A DNA stretch of 64,000 bases from NCBI RefSeq assembly GCF_035084215.1, contig NC_090356.1, forward strand, positions 16,988,001 through 17,052,000, read 5' to 3'. The notes under the pieces are model-generated. The model made no database searches, was not told the DNA's origin, and saw only the letters and a list, made by a program, of their open reading frames with translations. This stretch comes from Heptranchias perlo (Eukaryota). The translations under genes were made by a program, and so were the position numbers. Below, piece after piece: positions 63,338 through 64,000 of this stretch (position 1 is the stretch's first letter; each line of letters starts with the position of its first letter).

Positions 63338-64000
63338 GAAATTATATAATTATAAGCTTAGTGATTTTTCTGTTGTGGGAGGGCTGGAGCAGCAGCCTTC
63401 CAGCATTACCAGTGAGGCAGGGCAAGACAGAAACTCAATGCACCCTCTCTAACCAAGCATCAGCACATCTCCACATAGCTCAGAGGATGTTGCTAATGAG
63501 TTTGAGGAAGTAGCACTGGGTGAGTCGTGGGGCACAGCTGAGGAGAAGCAAGTGGTGGGAGCAGAAGAGGTGCAGGAACTTGCAGGTTGCCATCAAGGAA
63601 GTTAGGAAATGCAATAGTACAGTGACACTGGGTAACCATGGAGTGCTCCTGTTGCTAGTTAGTGGGTAAGGATCATTGAGCTATGGAAGTTTACAACACA
63701 GGAGGAGGTTGTTTGGTCCATTGTGACTGTGCCAAGTCTCTCCTTGTTCAATCCAAAACTAATCCCATTGCCCTGCTTCTTGAGATGAGCTTGTCAGCCA
63801 TTTCCTCTCTGCCACAATGGCAGCAGGTTGCTTTGGAGTGGGATTTCCACTGCCTCTTTCTTTTTGTATTTCTGACCCCAGCCCACGTTCTAGGGTTGGG
63901 GTATTTAGGATGAGATATGGTGTTGTCCAAGGTAAATGTGATATAAGGTCCAGTGGTGTTCAAGGTATGTTGCTGTACATGGTATAGTATTATACAAGAT

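Overview
Eukaryotic, intron-rich and repeat-rich vertebrate DNA, most likely from a cartilaginous fish (inferred from DeuSINE/SacSINE1-like and LF-SINE-like SINEs plus abundant CR1, L2, Penelope and Harbinger relics). Three protein-coding genes lie in tandem on the minus strand. MRPL20 is complete (4 coding exons, 149 aa). UBE2J2 is complete (6 coding exons, 257 aa, plus a non-coding exon 1 in a CpG island). LACTBL1 has 5 coding exons visible; the large final exon lies left of the window. All exons were reconstructed by hand from GT-AG sites and reading phase. The most notable non-genic signal is a young Penelope-like element (PLE) family with four copies, each carrying a minimal type I hammerhead ribozyme motif. 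Two versions of the motif differ by a compensatory base-pair change in stem I. One insertion is a TSD-flanked inverted (fold-back) dimer that places a sense-strand hammerhead plus AATAAA in a LACTBL1 intron. Also seen: a ~240-bp local inverted duplication, a hAT-Charlie MITE whose ends resemble mammalian MER33/MER3, a 45-bp minisatellite, a DIRS relic, and unexplained spliced-looking exons upstream of LACTBL1. Most ORFs in the supplied track are spurious or derived from transposable elements. No prokaryote-type system (CRISPR, operons) is present.
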